Shown: piece after piece, positions 50,601 to 62,285 of the stretch
How positions within the stretch are numbered: position 1 is the stretch's first letter
Layout of the letters: each line of letters begins with the position of its first letter
Origin: an uncultured Acidobacteriota bacterium
Lineage (GTDB): Bacteria; Acidobacteriota; Vicinamibacteria; Vicinamibacterales; 2-12-FULL-66-21
Assembly: GCA_963710415.1 (NCBI GenBank)
Contig: CAVQAH010000009.1
Location: forward strand, 22,812-86,811
Length of the DNA: 64,000 nucleotides
Direction: 5' to 3'
The notes under the pieces: generated by a model
Told to the model about the DNA's origin: nothing
Databases searched by the model: none
Seen by the model: only the letters and a program-made list of their open reading frames with translations
Translations under genes and position numbers: made by a program

Positions 50601-53600
50601 CTGATCCAGCAACGATGTGCCCCGGATCTTGAACATCCCGGCAAACATCTGGCGCAGGAGCTCGGGGCGTTCGCCGAGCATGTCGAAGAGCTCGTCATGG
50701 TCGATCTTCAGCGCCATGCCGCTCTTGCGCACGGCCGCGGAGCGATCGAGCGAGCGTCCGGCCATGGTGAAGACCGAGCCGATGATGTCACCGGCGCTCG
50801 CCGTGACCGGTGTCCCGCCGTTGAGCGACACCTCGCCGGCCAGCACGAGCCACAGCGCCGGCGTGGCGGACTCGGGGAAGAGGACCGACCCCTGGAGCAT
50901 CTCGACGGCGAGCGGCGATGTTCGCGAGATGGCGCATCTCGTCAGCCGACACGCGGCTGAAGATCGGGACGCGCTGCAGCGCCAGCACCTTGTCGATCGC
51001 CGACAGCCCACCGGTGGCGATCTGCTGGAGCTCGGTGGCCGCGCCGGTCGGATGGACCGGGACGTCCGGCGACGAGACCGATTCGGCGAGCGTCGCGAAC
51101 AGGCCGGTCACCAGGTCGGCGTTGTCGGAGAGCAGCGCACGCAGCTCTTCGGCCGTCAGCGCAAGCGTCACCGCGATGTCCGTGGTCCTGACCGTCTCGG
51201 CCATGGGTTGTCCCTGCAGCGCCTCGGCAAAACCGAGCGCTGACGGCGGGTCGATGGATCGCGGGGTGGTGGTGCGGCTGGTGGCGGTGACGCGTCCATC
51301 CAGCAGGAGATGGATCGTCGCCGGCACCGAGCCCTCCTGAAGAAGGACCGTGCCCGGTTCGTGGCGGACCTGACGAGCGGTGCCGGCGATGCGGAACAAC
51401 TCGTCGACGGACACCGACGCGAAGAGCGGCAGGTGTCTGAGGCGGCCGGCCAGCTCCGCCGCCGGCAGCGGCTCGAGCCACAGTTCGCGCCGCCGCTCGG
51501 CCGGCATCCGGTGCTCGGCGAGCGCCCATGACGCGGCTTCGAACACGTACCAGTCGCGGACGTCCCGGTGCGCCAGGACGTGCTCGATGTCGTCGGCGAG
51601 GCTCCAGATCTTCTGTTGACGCGCGGTGTCGATGGCCGTGGCCGCGACGACCTGATCTTCGTCGTTGATCAGCTGCAGCAGCGTTTCCTCGACATCGCGC
51701 GGCCGCGAGCGCAGGATCACGTTCGCGCGGCGCACCTTTTCTTCGCGGGGCATCTCCTCGAGCATGGGCATGATGCGCTTGCGCAGTTGTCCGCTGAGGA
51801 TGTTGTCGAGATATTCGGACGCGCTGGCCTTGGCGCGACTGTCGCCGTGTTCCAGCGTCCAGCGCGCGGCCGCGATGTCCTTCCACGGGTAGATCAGCGA
51901 GAGCAGGAGGTAGACGCGGTTCATCATCCGCGACAACTTCTGCTCGAGCGCGCGCCTGAGCAGCGAGTCGCCCGTCAGCTTCTGCTTGTCGTAGAGGTTG
52001 GCGTGCAGCGACAGATACTCGAAGTACTTCAGGGCTTCCTTGTAGATCAGCGCTTCGATCGTTTCACGCGGCAACACCAGCTCTATCGTGCTCGCGGCGA
52101 AGTTTGGCGAGCGCGGCGATGACCTTGTAGCGAAGGAACCCGTCCTCTTCTTCGAGCGCACCGACGAGCACGTCCACGGACTTCTGGTCCGGGATCATCG
52201 CCAGTGTCGCCGGAATGTGCCGGCGCACCCACACGTCCTCGTCCTTGTCGCGCATGAAGTGGGCGAGCGCGTCGATCACCGGCGGGCCGTACCCGACGAG
52301 CACCGACCGCGCGCGCGCCTTCAGGCGTCGATCGCGGAGCAACGCGATCAGGGTCGGGACGAACACGAAGTCGTCGGTGCCGGCCGCACCGACGCTCTCC
52401 ATCGCTTCGTCGGCGACGTCGGGGGAAGGATCGTAGAGCAGCGGAATCAGGAGCCGCCGGAACCGCGGGTCGGCGATCTGGCGAACCGCGATGGCGACGT
52501 CGCGCCGCGACCGTCGAGCGTCCTCACGGGAATCGCCCGCGAGCTCGACCAGGGCGGCTTCCGCGGCATCGACATCGGCGGCCCGGCCGCTGCCGGCGAG
52601 CGCGACCGCCGCCGTGGCGCGGATTCGCGCATCAGGGTCCTTCAGCAGCGGACGCGACAGCGAGGCCGCATCCTCCTCGCTGATCGCCACGAGGGCGCCG
52701 ATGGCTGCGGCGCGAACGCTGGACTCGGGATCTCCGAGCATCCGGCGAATCTGCGGCGTCCACTGACGCGCGATGTCGCTGCGGACTGCGCCCAGCGCGG
52801 CGAGCGCGCGCGCCCGGACCTTCGGCGCCTCGTGATACAGCAGCAGGGGAGTCACGAGGTTGCGTTTGTCCAGCGACTCGAGCACGTCGATCGCGTAGAT
52901 GACTCGGCTCGGCTCCGGGTGCGCCAGCTCCTGCACCAGCGTCTCCACGGTCGACAGCTCCGATCCGCTCAACCGCACGTCATCGGCCTTGACCACGCCC
53001 TGCTCGATGCTGCGGCGGAACGACAGGCAGGTATTCGTGCTTGGCGCGAAACGCCATCACGTACCAGAGGCCGGCGAGCGCGACGCTGACCCAGCTCAGT
53101 TGATACCACGCGAGGGCCAGCCCCCAGGACTGGATGAGCGCGAGCATGCCCAGCGCGCCAATGCCGCGCGAGAGCCGATCGACGGTGACGTCGACAAACG
53201 GCTTCACTTCCTGACGCAGCTCGCTGGGGAGCGGCAGAAACAGGACTTCGCGCGTGGTCTTGTCCACCGTGTAGCGGAACGACCGATCCATGACGCTCGC
53301 GACGGCCGGCGCCCACAGCACCTTGAACACCAGGATCAGCGCCGCGGTGATGGCCAGGTTCGTCGGCAGGATCAGCAGCGCGAATCCGATGCCGAGGTAC
53401 CGGTGGATGCGCGGCGTGATCCACACCTGGATCACGAACGCGGCCGCCGAGAGCCAGAACCTGACTTGCGCAAGGAAGCTGCCGATCGCATCTTCCTGGC
53501 CCGCGCCCTTTGAAGATCTCCGCCGCCATGTTCAGCTGCTGGTCGATCAGCATCGCGCCGATCGACCCGAAGCTGATGACCACAGCGATGAGCTGGATCT

Positions 53601-54293
53601 GCCGCGACCCGCGCAGCAGCGCGAACGCGCGCGACAGGCTGACCCCTTTCTCCTCGTCACCCGCGGCCGCCGCCACCGTGGCCGCCTGCTGCTCCCGGCC
53701 GAGGACGATCGAGACGACCACGCGCGCACACCAGCAGTGCGAAGGCGCTCCACAGCAGGAGCGTGTTCGCGCCCACGGTCTGGACGATGGCCGCGGTCAG
53801 ACCTGCGCCGGTCATGCCGCCGAGCATCACGCCGCCACCGATGAAGCCGAAGAGCCGCTTCGCCTGGCGCGGATCGTAGATGCCGTTGGCCAGCGTCCAG
53901 AACTGGCTGATCAGCAGAATCCCGAGGAGCAGACCCCAGACGTAGAACGCCGACCGAGACCCAGTCGCTGTCTGTCTGGAAGAGCACCCAGAAGCCGAGC
54001 ATGGCGACCGCCATGCCCGCCTGCGTGATCGGCAGCGCCCACCGTTTCGGCAGGATGCTGACGAGACGGGTATAACCGAGCATCAGAACGCCGATAAAAA
54101 GTCCGGACCCGAATATGACCCAGGGGACGTTCACCGCTCCGAGATCCGAGATGAGCTTGGACCGGGTGAGCGGCTGAATGATGTTGTAGGCCGTCATGGC
54201 CAGGAAGGCGTAGGCGAACATCAGCAGTGCGGTGACGGTTTCGTCCTTCCGCACGTCGACCACGGGATTCAGCACCCGTTGGAGCAGGGACAT
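50559..54293 (-). CDS. NTT/TLC (Npt1/Npt2-like) MFS transporter plus HEAT repeats plus two cNMP-binding-like domains (multiple frameshifts)
   Basis: [16 protein letters not shown] and FRYTVDKTTREVLFLPL..VKPFVDV; HEAT units (VRARALAAL, VRAAAIGAL); CNB-like LRHLPLFASVS and LQRVPIFSRVS. Confidence 0.85.
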
Positions 54294-54340
54294 GGAGACC
54301 TCTATGGTTAGCTGAACAAGGGTGTCACTCTAAGCGATGC

Positions 54341-54358
54341 GTAAACTGAAGTAAACTG
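54341..54358. promoter_or_regulatory. Direct repeat GTAAACTG-N2-GTAAACTG in the divergent promoter region
   Basis: Two identical 8-mers with a 10-nt period; each contains a -10-like TAAACT. Confidence 0.4.
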
Positions 54359-54369
54359 CGGCCCTACCC

Positions 54370-57223
54370 ATGCTTCCCCGGTTACGGCGCTTCTTTGATG
54401 TGAGGCCTGGGGAAGGCCTGCCCGTCCTCCTCACCTTCTTATATATCGCGGTTGTCGTCGCCGCCTTCCTGCTGGCGAAACCCATCCGAAACGGCCTGTT
54501 CCTGCAGGCATACGGCCCGCACAACGCTCGTCTACGTCTACGCCGCCGTTCCGCTCGTGCTGTCGCTCTTCGTGCCGTCGTACACGCGCGTGACGGCTCG
54601 GTTTGGCGCCCGCGGCGGTGACGGCCGGGACGCTGGTGTTCTTCTTCCTCAACGCCCTGTTGTTCTGGTACGCGTTCACCTGGCGGCGGTTTCCGCTCCT
54701 GCCGGGGATCTTCTACGTCTGGGTGAACTGCTTCGGCATCATCGCGCCGGTCCAGGCGTGGAGCTTCGCGAACTCGCTGTTCGACACGCGTCAGGCGAAG
54801 CGGTTGTTCGGACTGATCGGCTCCGGCGCGTCGCTCGGCGCGATCACCGGCGGCATCCTTGCGCGCTTTCTCGTCGAGCCTCTGGGCGGCTCGATCAACC
54901 TGCATCCTGGTCCTCGCCGGCCTGATCCTGACGGCCGCGCTGGTCGTGCTCACCGCGAACCGCCGGATCCCGCGAAAAGGGCTTGATGCGCCTGGGCCGG
55001 CCGGTCGCCCGGCCGTTCACCGAGACGGTCAGCGAGATCCTCGCCAATCCCTACCTGCGGTTGATGACGCGTCATGGTCTTTCTTGTGCGCGATCTCGAC
55101 GCAGTGGATCGGCCTGCAGCTCAACTTCGTGGCCGACGCGCGATATCGGCGGCGATGCGGATGCGCTGACGCGATTCTTCGGCACGTTCAACTTCCTGCT
55201 CGGGTCGGTGAGCTTCGTCGTTCAGCTCTTCGTGACCAGCCGCGCGCTGCGGACCTTTGGTCTGGCGGTGACGATCCTGACGCTTCCGCTGGCGCTCGGG
55301 TTCGGCACCGCGCTGATCGTGCATGCTTCCAGCGTTCTGGCCCGTGCTCGTCGCCAATGCCTTCGACCAGAGCCTGCGCTTCTCGGTCGACAAGCCGACC
55401 TACGAGCTGCTCTATCTGCCGATTCCGCCGGGCCAGCGCCAGCACGTCAAGAACGCGATCGACATCGTCGGCAACCGCGTGGCCGACGCGCTCGGCGCGG
55501 TGCTCTTCGGCGTGGCGACGAGCGGCTTCTTCATGCTGCCCGGCGTCGGGCTCGGCCTCCGCGGCACCGCCGTCGTCAACGTGCGTGCTGATCGCGATGT
55601 GGATTGGCGTGGCCTGGCGGCTTCGCCACGAATACGTCCGCACCATCCAGGCGAGCATTCATCGCCATCGACTCGACACCGAACGAACGTCGCGCGTCGG
55701 TGCTCGAGCGTTCGGCCGCCGACGTCCTGGTCGCCAAGCTTGGCGGCAACCGATCCGGAAGAAGTGCGCTACGCGCTGGGGCTCCTCGAAGTGCAGCAGA
55801 CCAAGAGCTGGCATCCGTCGCTGCAGAATGCTGCTGTCCCACCCCGACGCCGACATCAGGCGCCGCGCGCTGTCGCTGCTGAGCGCGGCCGGCGATCGCG
55901 ACATTGCCGACGAGGCGGTCGCGCTGCTCCGCGATCCGGATCTGGGTGTGCGGACCGAAGCGCTCCTCTATCTTGAGCCGCGAGATGGGCATCGATCCGC
56001 TCTCGCGGATTCAGGAGCTTGGCGAGTTCGAGGATTTCTCGATTCGCGCCGGCATGGCGGCGTTCCTCGCCTCGCCGGGACCGTCACAGAATCTGGAGGC
56101 GGCGCGCGCACTCTTCGAAGCCATGGTCGCATCGTCCGGCGAGGAGGGCAGCCGGGACCGCGCCGAGGCGGCGCAGGCTCATGGCGCTGGTCCCCGCGCA
56201 GTTCGTCGATCTGCTGGCCAGGCTCGTCGTGGACGAGGATGAAGAGGTTGCGCGTCTGGCGATTCGCTCGGCGCGGGTCATCGCGCGCGAAGAGCTCGTC
56301 GGGCCGTTGATGGTGGCGCTCGGCGCGTCCGTACCTTGCCGACGAAGCGGCCGAAGCGCTCGCCAGGCTGGGGCCTGGCATCATCCCCGAACTCGCCGCC
56401 ACAGCTGCAGCGACGAGAGCACAGACGTCGAGGTGCGCCGGGAGCTGCCGACGCGTGCTCGTTCGAATCGGCACGCCCGAGGCCGAGCAAGTGCTCGTCG
56501 AGCAGCCTGCTTGAACGCCGACACGACGCTCCGGCACCGCGTCATCGCATCCCTGAACAAGCTGCGCGCCATCCATCCCGACGTGCGCATCGACCCGGGA
56601 ACGATCGAGATTCTGCTCGCGGCCGAAATCGCGGGTCACTACCGCTCCTACCAGGTCCTCGGGCCGCTGCGCGGGCAGCTGAAGGAGAGCGACCCGGTGC
56701 TGCAGGCGCTGCGGCATGCGATGGAGCAGGAGCTGGAGCGCGTCTTCCGGCTGATGGCGCTCCTGTACCCGGAGGGCGGCCTTCACGACGCGTACGTGGG
56801 TCTTCGTGCGGCGAACCCGATCGTGCGCGCGAACGCGCTCGAGTTCCTCGACAACGTGCTGCAGCCGGAGCTACGCCAGGTCCTGGTTCCGCTGCTCGAC
56901 GCGCAGGTCACCGATCGACGAGCGCATCGAGATCGCGAATCGCGTCGTTGGTGCGCCCGTGGAGACGACCGAAGCGGCGCTCGGCGACGCTGCTGGCGAG
57001 CGAAGACTCGTGGCTGCGCTCGTGTGCGATCAACGCGGTCGGCACCCTGCAGATTCGCGGCCTCGAAGACGAGCTGATCAGGTTCGAGGCGAGCGGCGAT
57101 CCGGTCGTGCAGGAAAGCATCCGCGTCGCCCGGCGGCGGCTCGCCGGGAAGATGGAGGTGGCTGCGGCGTCATCGCACGAGCCCGCTCCGCCCGATCTTG
57201 ACATGGGGGTTGGGGCTGGCTGA
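54370..57223 (+). CDS. Second NTT/TLC-like MFS transporter plus HEAT repeats, no cNMP domain (many frameshifts)
   Basis: [31 protein letters not shown] and [24 protein letters not shown]; HEAT units including [11 protein letters not shown]. Confidence 0.85.
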
Positions 57224-58005
57224 ATCGCTGGCCCGCCGGTCGAATCCGGGCGCCGGCGCCGTCGTGCGCTTGTGCTCGGTGGAGCGAATCATCCGTTCGA
57301 GGCGCAGCGCCAGCGCCGGAGGCACCGAGTCCGGGCCGTCGGTGAGATACCGCTCGAGGTCCGCGTAGGTGAACCCCATTTCCTCTTCGTCGGTCTGCCC
57401 CATCCACAGTCCGGCGCTCGGCGCCTTGTCGATGATTGGCTGCGGCACACCGAGTTCGCGCGCGAGCTTCCTCACCTCGCTCTTGAGCAGGCTGCCGATC
57501 GGGAGCACGTCGACGCCACCGTCGCCATACTTGGTGAAGTAGCCGATGGTCAGCTCGCTCCGGTTGCCGGTACCCACGACGAGATAGTTGAGGGAGTTGG
57601 CGATGAAGTAGAGCGTGGCCATCCGCAGGCGCGGCTTGACGTTGGCGACCGGCACGCGTGCCTTGATGTCGCCTGACGGGGCGCCGCCGGCTGACATGTC
57701 CGCTGGCAGCGAGCTCAGCGCGCCGCGAAGGATGCCGATGAACTGCTCGTAGGGCTGCTCCAGATCGACCCGGCGACCGGGACGCCGAAGTGGTCGGCGA
57801 CGAGGCGCGCGTCCGTTTCGTCCTGGGGATCGCTATGGCACGGCATGATCACCCCGAGCACCTGTCCGGGGATGGCCATCTGACAGAGCCGCACCACGAC
57901 CGCCGAGTCGATCCCGCCGCTCAAACCCACGACGAGTCCGCGAGCACCTGCCGCCGTCGCGCGCTGCCGGAGCCACTCCGTTATCTCCTGTGAACTCTTG
58001 CTCAT
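57170..58005 (-). CDS. nadE: NH3-dependent NAD+ synthetase (frameshifted; 3' end uncertain)
   Basis: [47 protein letters not shown] and HKR. Confidence 0.93.
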
Positions 58006-58031
58006 GGTCTCCCTCTGTAATCTGCAACGAT

Positions 58032-59072
58032 CTACGCCAGTCGCAGCGGCTCGCGCTGGATGACCGCCAGGAACCCATCGACCAGCTTGGGATCGAACAT
58101 TCGACTCCGCTGGCGCGTGACTTCCGCGATCGCGTCTGCGACCGGCCAGGCCGGTTTGTACGGGCGCTTCTGCGTCAGCGCATCGAAGACGTCCGCAACG
58201 GCGACGATCCGGCCGGCCAGCGGAATCGCGTCGCCTTTCAACCCCTCGTACCCTTCGCCGTTCCAGTGCTCATGATGGCTGAACGCAATTTCTTCCGCCA
58301 TCCGCAGCAGGCTGAAGCGGCTGCCCGAGAGGATTCGCGCGCCGATCGTCGTGTGCGTCTTGACGAGCGCGAACTCTGCCTCGGTGAGCTTGCCGAGCTT
58401 CAGCAGGATCGCGTCGGGGATGCCGATCTTGCCGACGTCGTGCAGCGGCGCCGCCCGCCGGATCAGGGACACCGTCGCGTCGGACAACCCGATCTCTCGC
58501 GCGATCAAGGCGGCCATGCGGCCGACGCGTTCGGTGTGGTGACCCGTGTTGTCGTCGCGGAACTCCGCGGCGCGCGCCAGGCGTTCGATGATCTCGACCT
58601 GCGCCGATTCGAGCTCGCGGGTCCGCTCGCGGACCTTCGCTTCGAGCATCTGGTTCTGGCTCTGGATCTGCAGATAGAGGAAACGCGTTTCGAGCAGCGT
58701 CCGGATCCTGAGCAGGACCTCGTCGCTATGGAAGGGCTTGTTGACGAAGTCCTTCGCGCCCCGCGACAAGGCCTCACGGCGCGCCTCGGGCGCCATGTCG
58801 CCCGTGAGCATCAGGATGGGCAGGTAACTCGCTTCCGCAAGCTGGTTGAGACGGTCGAGCACTTCCAGACCGTCCATGTGCGGCATGTGCAGATCCAGCA
58901 GGATCAGATCGGGCCGAAGCCGCACGTAGAGATTGGCTGCCTCGCGCGGGTCGTTGGTGCTCTCGAGTCTCGTGAACCCGCTCCGCTCGAGGAGGCGGCG
59001 CAGCACGTCCACGTTCGCGACTTCGTCGTCCACGATGAGGATCCGCGCGTTCCTGAAGGTCCGCGAGATCAT
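58032..59072 (-). CDS. Response regulator with HD-GYP phosphodiesterase domain (RpfG-like)
   Basis: REC domain (IVDDE, LLDLHMP, LTG, KPF); [21 protein letters not shown] and [13 protein letters not shown]. Confidence 0.93.
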   Translation of the reverse strand: MISRTFRNARILIVDDEVANVDVLRRLLERSGFTRLESTNDPREAANLYVRLRPDLILLDLHMPHMDGLEVLDRLNQLAEASYLPILMLTGDMAPEARREALSRGAKDFVNKPFHSDEVLLRIRTLLETRFLYLQIQSQNQMLEAKVRERTRELESAQVEIIERLARAAEFRDDNTGHHTERVGRMAALIAREIGLSDATVSLIRRAAPLHDVGKIGIPDAILLKLGKLTEAEFALVKTHTTIGARILSGSRFSLLRMAEEIAFSHHEHWNGEGYEGLKGDAIPLAGRIVAVADVFDALTQKRPYKPAWPVADAIAEVTRQRSRMFDPKLVDGFLAVIQREPLRLA

Positions 59073-59090
59073 GACCCTGCCGGATGCGGT

Positions 59091-60114
59091 TCACCTGGCT
59101 GTCGGGACATCGACATTGACTATGGCTTCGGCGGCCGGCGATTCCGGCCAGACCACGGGCGGCGCCGCCGTGTAGCCGGCATGCGCCAGGGCGCCCTGAA
59201 AGAACGCTGTTTCAGACGCGTAGAACAACAACTTCACGTAGTGACGTCCGGCGATATAGACCTGGCCGAGGGCCAGCGTCATCCACATCGACAGGCCCCC
59301 GCCGGGAGCGCCGGGGGAGGCCAGCGCATACAGCAGGGCCAGGAGCACGAAGATAGTCGCGTTCGCCAGGTAAAGATACAGCGTTCCGCGATTGCGGCGA
59401 ACGAATCGCATGCCGGCCAGCAACGCGCCGAACGCGCTGCGGCGATCCTCGACGACGATCCGGACGCGCGCGTAGTCGAAGACCAGGTTGCCGGCGACCA
59501 GCATCGCCCCGAAGACCAGATAACACGCCAGCCGGATGGTGAATCCCGTTCGCTCGACGGTGAGGTCGCGCGTCACCCACGGAAAGAAGTCGTCGAAGAT
59601 CCACCCGTGCACGGGACCGAAGAGCCAGGCATAGAACGCCAGCGCGAGCACGCCCAGCCGGAGAAAGCGCCAGAAGTGCGTGCCGCAGGCGGAAAAGAAC
59701 CCGTGCGTCCTCGTCGGACGCTGCCGCGCGTAGCGATCGAGAATCCCGCCGCTCAGGAACGTCCAGATGACCATCCATGCGGCCGCCGCTCCCGCGATGG
59801 TCGCTGCCATCGGCTGGTTGTCCAGAAGGTTCGAGATGTTCTCCAGCACCGCGCCGAACCCGATGATCGCCGGGATGAACGTCGTGCCCAGACCGGTGGC
59901 CTGAGACGGTGAACTCCTGCCACCAGTCGTAGTTGGCGCCCGCCGCGACGGTATCCGCGGTCAGGCTGGTTCCAAGCTGCGCGGCAATCATGCCGCGCAG
60001 CGCGATGGCGAGCGGCAGCGCGATCAGGAGCGTCGTGGCGATCGCGCCAGCGAGTATCAGCGGCGCGCTGTTGACCCGCCGCACGCCATCTCGAAACGCT
60101 GCCAGCGCGCTCAT
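59091..60114 (-). CDS. Hypothetical multi-pass membrane protein (frameshift near 59905)
   Basis: Hydrophobic fragments 59905-60114 and 59091-59900 join into a protein with about six TM helices. Confidence 0.8.
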
Positions 60115-60129
60115 GATTGATGGCCCACG

Positions 60130-62172
60130 CTAAACGAAGAACCCGCACGTGAGCAGCTGGTCCTGCAGCCAGATCAACCAGGCGAGCGACCATTTCGTGG
60201 CGGCCGCCCCCGCGCGCGGCGCGAGCGTCGCGGAATTGTTGGTGTAGTTGAGGTCGAGCAGCAGCACCCGCTCGGGATCCACCTGTACCGATCGCGCGCG
60301 GACGGGACGCTGGACCTCGAACAGCTTCCACGTCTCGCGCCCGTCCCACCGCCAGCGCAACTCCTCGCCGTTCTCGAACGTCACCTTCACATCGACCGGA
60401 AACACGCCTTCGGCGTACCGCCGCACCACCACCGTCGTGTGATATCCGTCCGCCGCGCGCTCCGCGGCAGAGAAGGCGCGCGCGTCGCCCTCGCCGAAGA
60501 ACCCGCGGTCGGATACCCGTTCGGATCGAAACGTCTGCACCCCGTAGTCGAAGGCATTCGCGCTGCGATAGACCTGGTCGAAGAACCACGTCAGATCCCG
60601 CCCGCTGACCTGGTTGGCCACGGCGAAGAAGTCGTCCGGCGACGGATGTTTGAACGCGTATCGCGTGAAGTAGGTCGCAAGGATGCGCTGGAGCGTCTCC
60701 CATCCGAGCATGCGCTCGAGCGTATGGAGCCAGAGCGCGGTCTTGTTGTAGGTGATCGTCGAGGCCGTGCCCGGCCAGTAGCGCCACGTCGGCGTGCTCT
60801 GCACGTCGGCGCGCGCGTTGGGGCGGAAGGCCGGCAGCCGGTTGCCTTCGGTCGCCCGCGGCAGCGGCAGATCGTCGAACACCCACGGCACGAACCCGCC
60901 GAAGAACCGCTTCGTGTAGTGCGACTGGAAGAATTGATCGAGCGTGCGCGCGGTCGAGAACGTGTTGAACCCTTCGTCCATCCAGGCGTGCTCGAACTCG
61001 TTGGTCGCGACGAGGCCGTACCAGAACTGGTGGCCGGCCTCGTGGACCGTGACGCTCTCGGGCTGCGCGAAACGCCGCGGCGCCAGCCAGCGTGTGCCGG
61101 CCGTGAACAGCGTCGGATACTCCATCCCGCCGGCATCGCTCTGCCACGCCGGATCGATCACGGTGATGTTGGGATACGGATACGGACCGTACCACTCGCC
61201 GTAGTAGCGAAGCGTCGCGCGGGTCGCGTTGAAGTGGCGCTCGGCCTGCCCGGCGTGCTCGGGCTGCAGGAGAAGCCGCATCGCGACAGCCGGCAGCGTC
61301 GGGTGCTCGAACGTCGCGGTCCGCTCCAGATAATCGGGACTCGTCGTCCAGGCGAAGTCGTGGACGTCCTCCGCCTGGTAATGATGCGTGACCGTTCCGT
61401 CGCCCTCCTCACGGCGGCCGCGCTCCTGACCGGTGGCGCCGACCACCCAGCCCTGCGGCACCGTGAGGCGGACGTCGTACACGCCGAAATCCGAGAAGAA
61501 CTCGGTCGCCGCATGGAACTGGTGCGCGTTCCAGCCTGCTTCCTCGAGCACGCCGATTTTCGGAAACCACTGCGCCAGGAAATAGAAGTTGCCGATCGTC
61601 CCCGTGCGCGCGAACGTGCGCGGCACGCGCGACGCCCACGTAATCTGCACGTTCGCCGTCGCGCCCGGACCGACCGGCGCGTCGAGCGGCAGCTCGACGA
61701 GCGTCCGATCCTCGAGGTTCCCATCGTCGGGGGCGATGAACCGGAGCCGCGAGGTCAGGTCGGCGGGCGCCCCGCCGGCGCCAATCACCCGGATACTGGT
61801 GATGTCGATCCATCCCCAGTCCTGCTCGGGCCGCTCGGCGAGCGTGCGTGTCGCCAGCGAGCGCCTGCTCGCGCATCCAGGTCGAGCGGGTGTTGCGCCA
61901 GGCGTTGTAATAGAGGTGGAACCGCAGGCTGGTCGCCGGCTGGCTGGTCGCGTTCCGCCACGTGAGCAGCGCATCCCCCTTCAGGGTCCGCGTGGCCGGA
62001 TTCAGATTGGCGGCGATCGTGTAGTTCGCGATACGGGCGGAGCGCGCGGGCGAAGGCGCCCGATCGGGTGCGGCCGTGGACTGGGAACTGGGAGCCTGTG
62101 CGGGTGCACCCGCACAGCGCGCAGCGCGAGGAGCACCACGATCACCAGGGATCGTGCAGGCACGGTGCCCAT
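60130..62172 (-). CDS. Secreted M1 family zinc aminopeptidase (frameshifts near the 5' end)
   Basis: ANYTIAANL, AQWFPK, VHDFAW, GGMEYP, HEAGHQFW...WMDEG and YNKTA. Confidence 0.92.
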
Positions 62173-62285
62173 CCTACACCAAGTCGCCGGACGCGAACGG
62201 CGCGCTCCGGAGGCCTGCGCGGGTATAATTTACGGATCGTTTTCATACATCCCTTACTTCCCCATTCCTAGCGAGGAGCAGTCTC

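Noticed and set aside
50345-50698. 118-aa N-terminal extension of the kinase ORF 47747-50698
   Set aside because: It is a translation of the tandem repeat and the upstream gene's tail; the family-typical start LALTPGTRLG with a TATAAT just upstream is at 50344.
57170-58005. nadE as a functional part of the NTT-HEAT system (NAD transport)
   Set aside because: Some NTTs do carry NAD, but nadE is convergent with the transporter and belongs to a different transcription unit, so adjacency alone is insufficient without synteny data.
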